In this document: positions 18,684-20,000 of the stretch, piece after piece | Layout of the letters: each line of letters starts with the position of its first letter | Position numbering within the stretch: position 1 is the first letter of the stretch | Assembly (NCBI RefSeq): GCF_004010195.1 | Contig: NC_057757.1 | Coordinates: forward strand, 9,475,726-9,495,725 | DNA length: 20,000 nt | Source of the DNA: Chiloscyllium plagiosum | Lineage: Eukaryota | Direction: 5' to 3' | Program-made: the position numbers and the translations under genes | The notes under the pieces: generated by a model | What the model was told of the DNA's origin: nothing | What the model saw: only the letters and a program-made list of their open reading frames with translations | Databases searched by the model: none

Positions 18684-20000
18684 TCAAAGTCTCTTTAGTC
18701 TGAGTTTCAGCGGGTCTTGTGTTGATTCGGCTGTCCAGACTTCTTCCTCAACTGGAGGGTCCACTGGCCCTTTGATCCGAGTGTAATGAGTCCAGCCTTT
18801 CTCCGCCGTCCTTATTGCCGTTTCGGTAGTCAAAAGAGCTTGGTATAGCCCTTCCCAGTCCGGCTGCAATTTAGTCTCTGTCCATGATTTTACTAAGATC
18901 CAATCGCCCGGCCAGATGGGGTGAACGGTGAATTCAAGGGGTGGAGTCTGCGCCAATAAACCCTGTTTCCTGAGGAAAGACAAAGAGGAGGACAAGCCCA
19001 GTATATACTTCTTTAAAAACAAATCTTTAGTTTCGGGAATTGGCAACTCTCCATACGTTCCCAAGGAAGGTAATCCAAATAAAATTTTATAGGGGGATAG
19101 TCCCAAATCTTTCCTTGGGGCTGTTCGTACTCGCAAGAGAGCTATAGGTAAACATTTGGTCCAAGGGAGTCTGGTTTCTATTATCAATTTAGAGAGCTGT
19201 CGTTTGAGTGTTTGGTTCATTCTCTCAACCCTTCCCGATGATGGCGGGTGCCATGGAGTATGGAACTCCCAGGAAATTCCCTACCCCTTCATTACCCCGT
19301 GTAACACTTTAGAGGTAAAATGAGTTCCTTGGTCGGAATCTATACGGTTCACTAGCCCATATCGGGGAATTATGTCCTCCAATATTGCATTTGACACCCC
19401 ACTCGCAGTGGCGGTAGCTAGGGGGTATGCCTCAACCCAACCAGTTAGATGATCTACTATGACCAGCATATATTTTAGTCTTCCTACTCTGGGTAGTTCA
19501 GTATAATCTACTTGTATACTCTGGAAGGGTCTCAATCCCGGGTCTCTTCCTCCCGCGGCCTGTTTTCTCAAGACTTTCTTATTTACCTTTCTGCATATTA
19601 TACATCCCTCACATATTTGTTTAGCAATTGTATATATTTCTTTGCATCCATATTCCCTAAGAACTAAATCACACATTGCTTGGACTCCCAGTGACTGCCT
19701 TGGTGTAGGACGGCCATAATCTCTCGCATCATCATTTTGTTTAACATTTCCCTTCCATCAGGTAACCTCCAATGCCCGTCGACTGTTTTTGTAGCCCCTA
19801 AATCTCTCAATTCTTTTTCTTCTCTTTCAGTAAATATAGGAGCTTCCCTAGGACCCGGGACAGTAGGTATTAGGGAATGAATCACCACTTCTTGTGGGTT
19901 CAGGGCGGCTTCCCTAGCCACTTCATCGGCTAATCTATTTCCCCTAACCTCTGGTTCATTTCCTTTCTGATGACCATTTACGTGCACTACGGCTATCTCT
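18684..20000 (-). pseudogene. pol: Class I (gamma/epsilon-related, HERV-I-like) ERV pol: RNase H C-terminus and integrase
   Basis: HVNGHQKG...GNRLADEVA (RNase H); HQGSH...CIIC (HHCC); QVDYTE, IDSDQG, then exactly 35 residues to E in HPPSSGRVERMN; GLSPY; PGDWILVK..WEGLY. One frameshift near 19680 and one TAG at 19281-19283. Confidence 0.93.

Noticed and set aside
19281..19283. Programmed TAG read-through
   Set aside because: It lies inside the integrase core rather than at the gag-pol junction, and is best explained as a point mutation from a Leu codon.

Overview
Eukaryotic, almost entirely repeat-derived DNA with no confidently identifiable host gene. The repeat content (HE1/V-SINEs, HER1-type CR1 LINE tails, a DeuSINE tail, Penelope pseudo-LTRs) points to a cartilaginous fish, probably a shark (inference). 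The left half (1-11 kb) is a mosaic of decayed CR1 and L2/CR1-like LINE pieces, at least three Penelope-like families with GIY-YIG remnants, inverted pseudo-LTRs and minimal hammerhead ribozyme motifs, two candidate solo LTRs, and an HE1 SINE with a 51-bp internal tandem expansion. From about 11.06 to 15.47 kb lies a decayed Gmr1-type Gypsy retrotransposon (SCAN-like gag, then PR-IN-RT order) carrying a nested TA-flanked MITE, a CR1 tail and an HE1 SINE. Its RT is cut off by the 3' LTR of an opposite-strand class I (HERV-I-like) endogenous retrovirus, whose RNase H/integrase and env 5' end occupy 18.2-20 kb. About 1.8 kb of non-retroviral sequence, a Penelope end and a 118-N gap sit where most of env should be. 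All family assignments are from motif recognition by eye; no database search was run.
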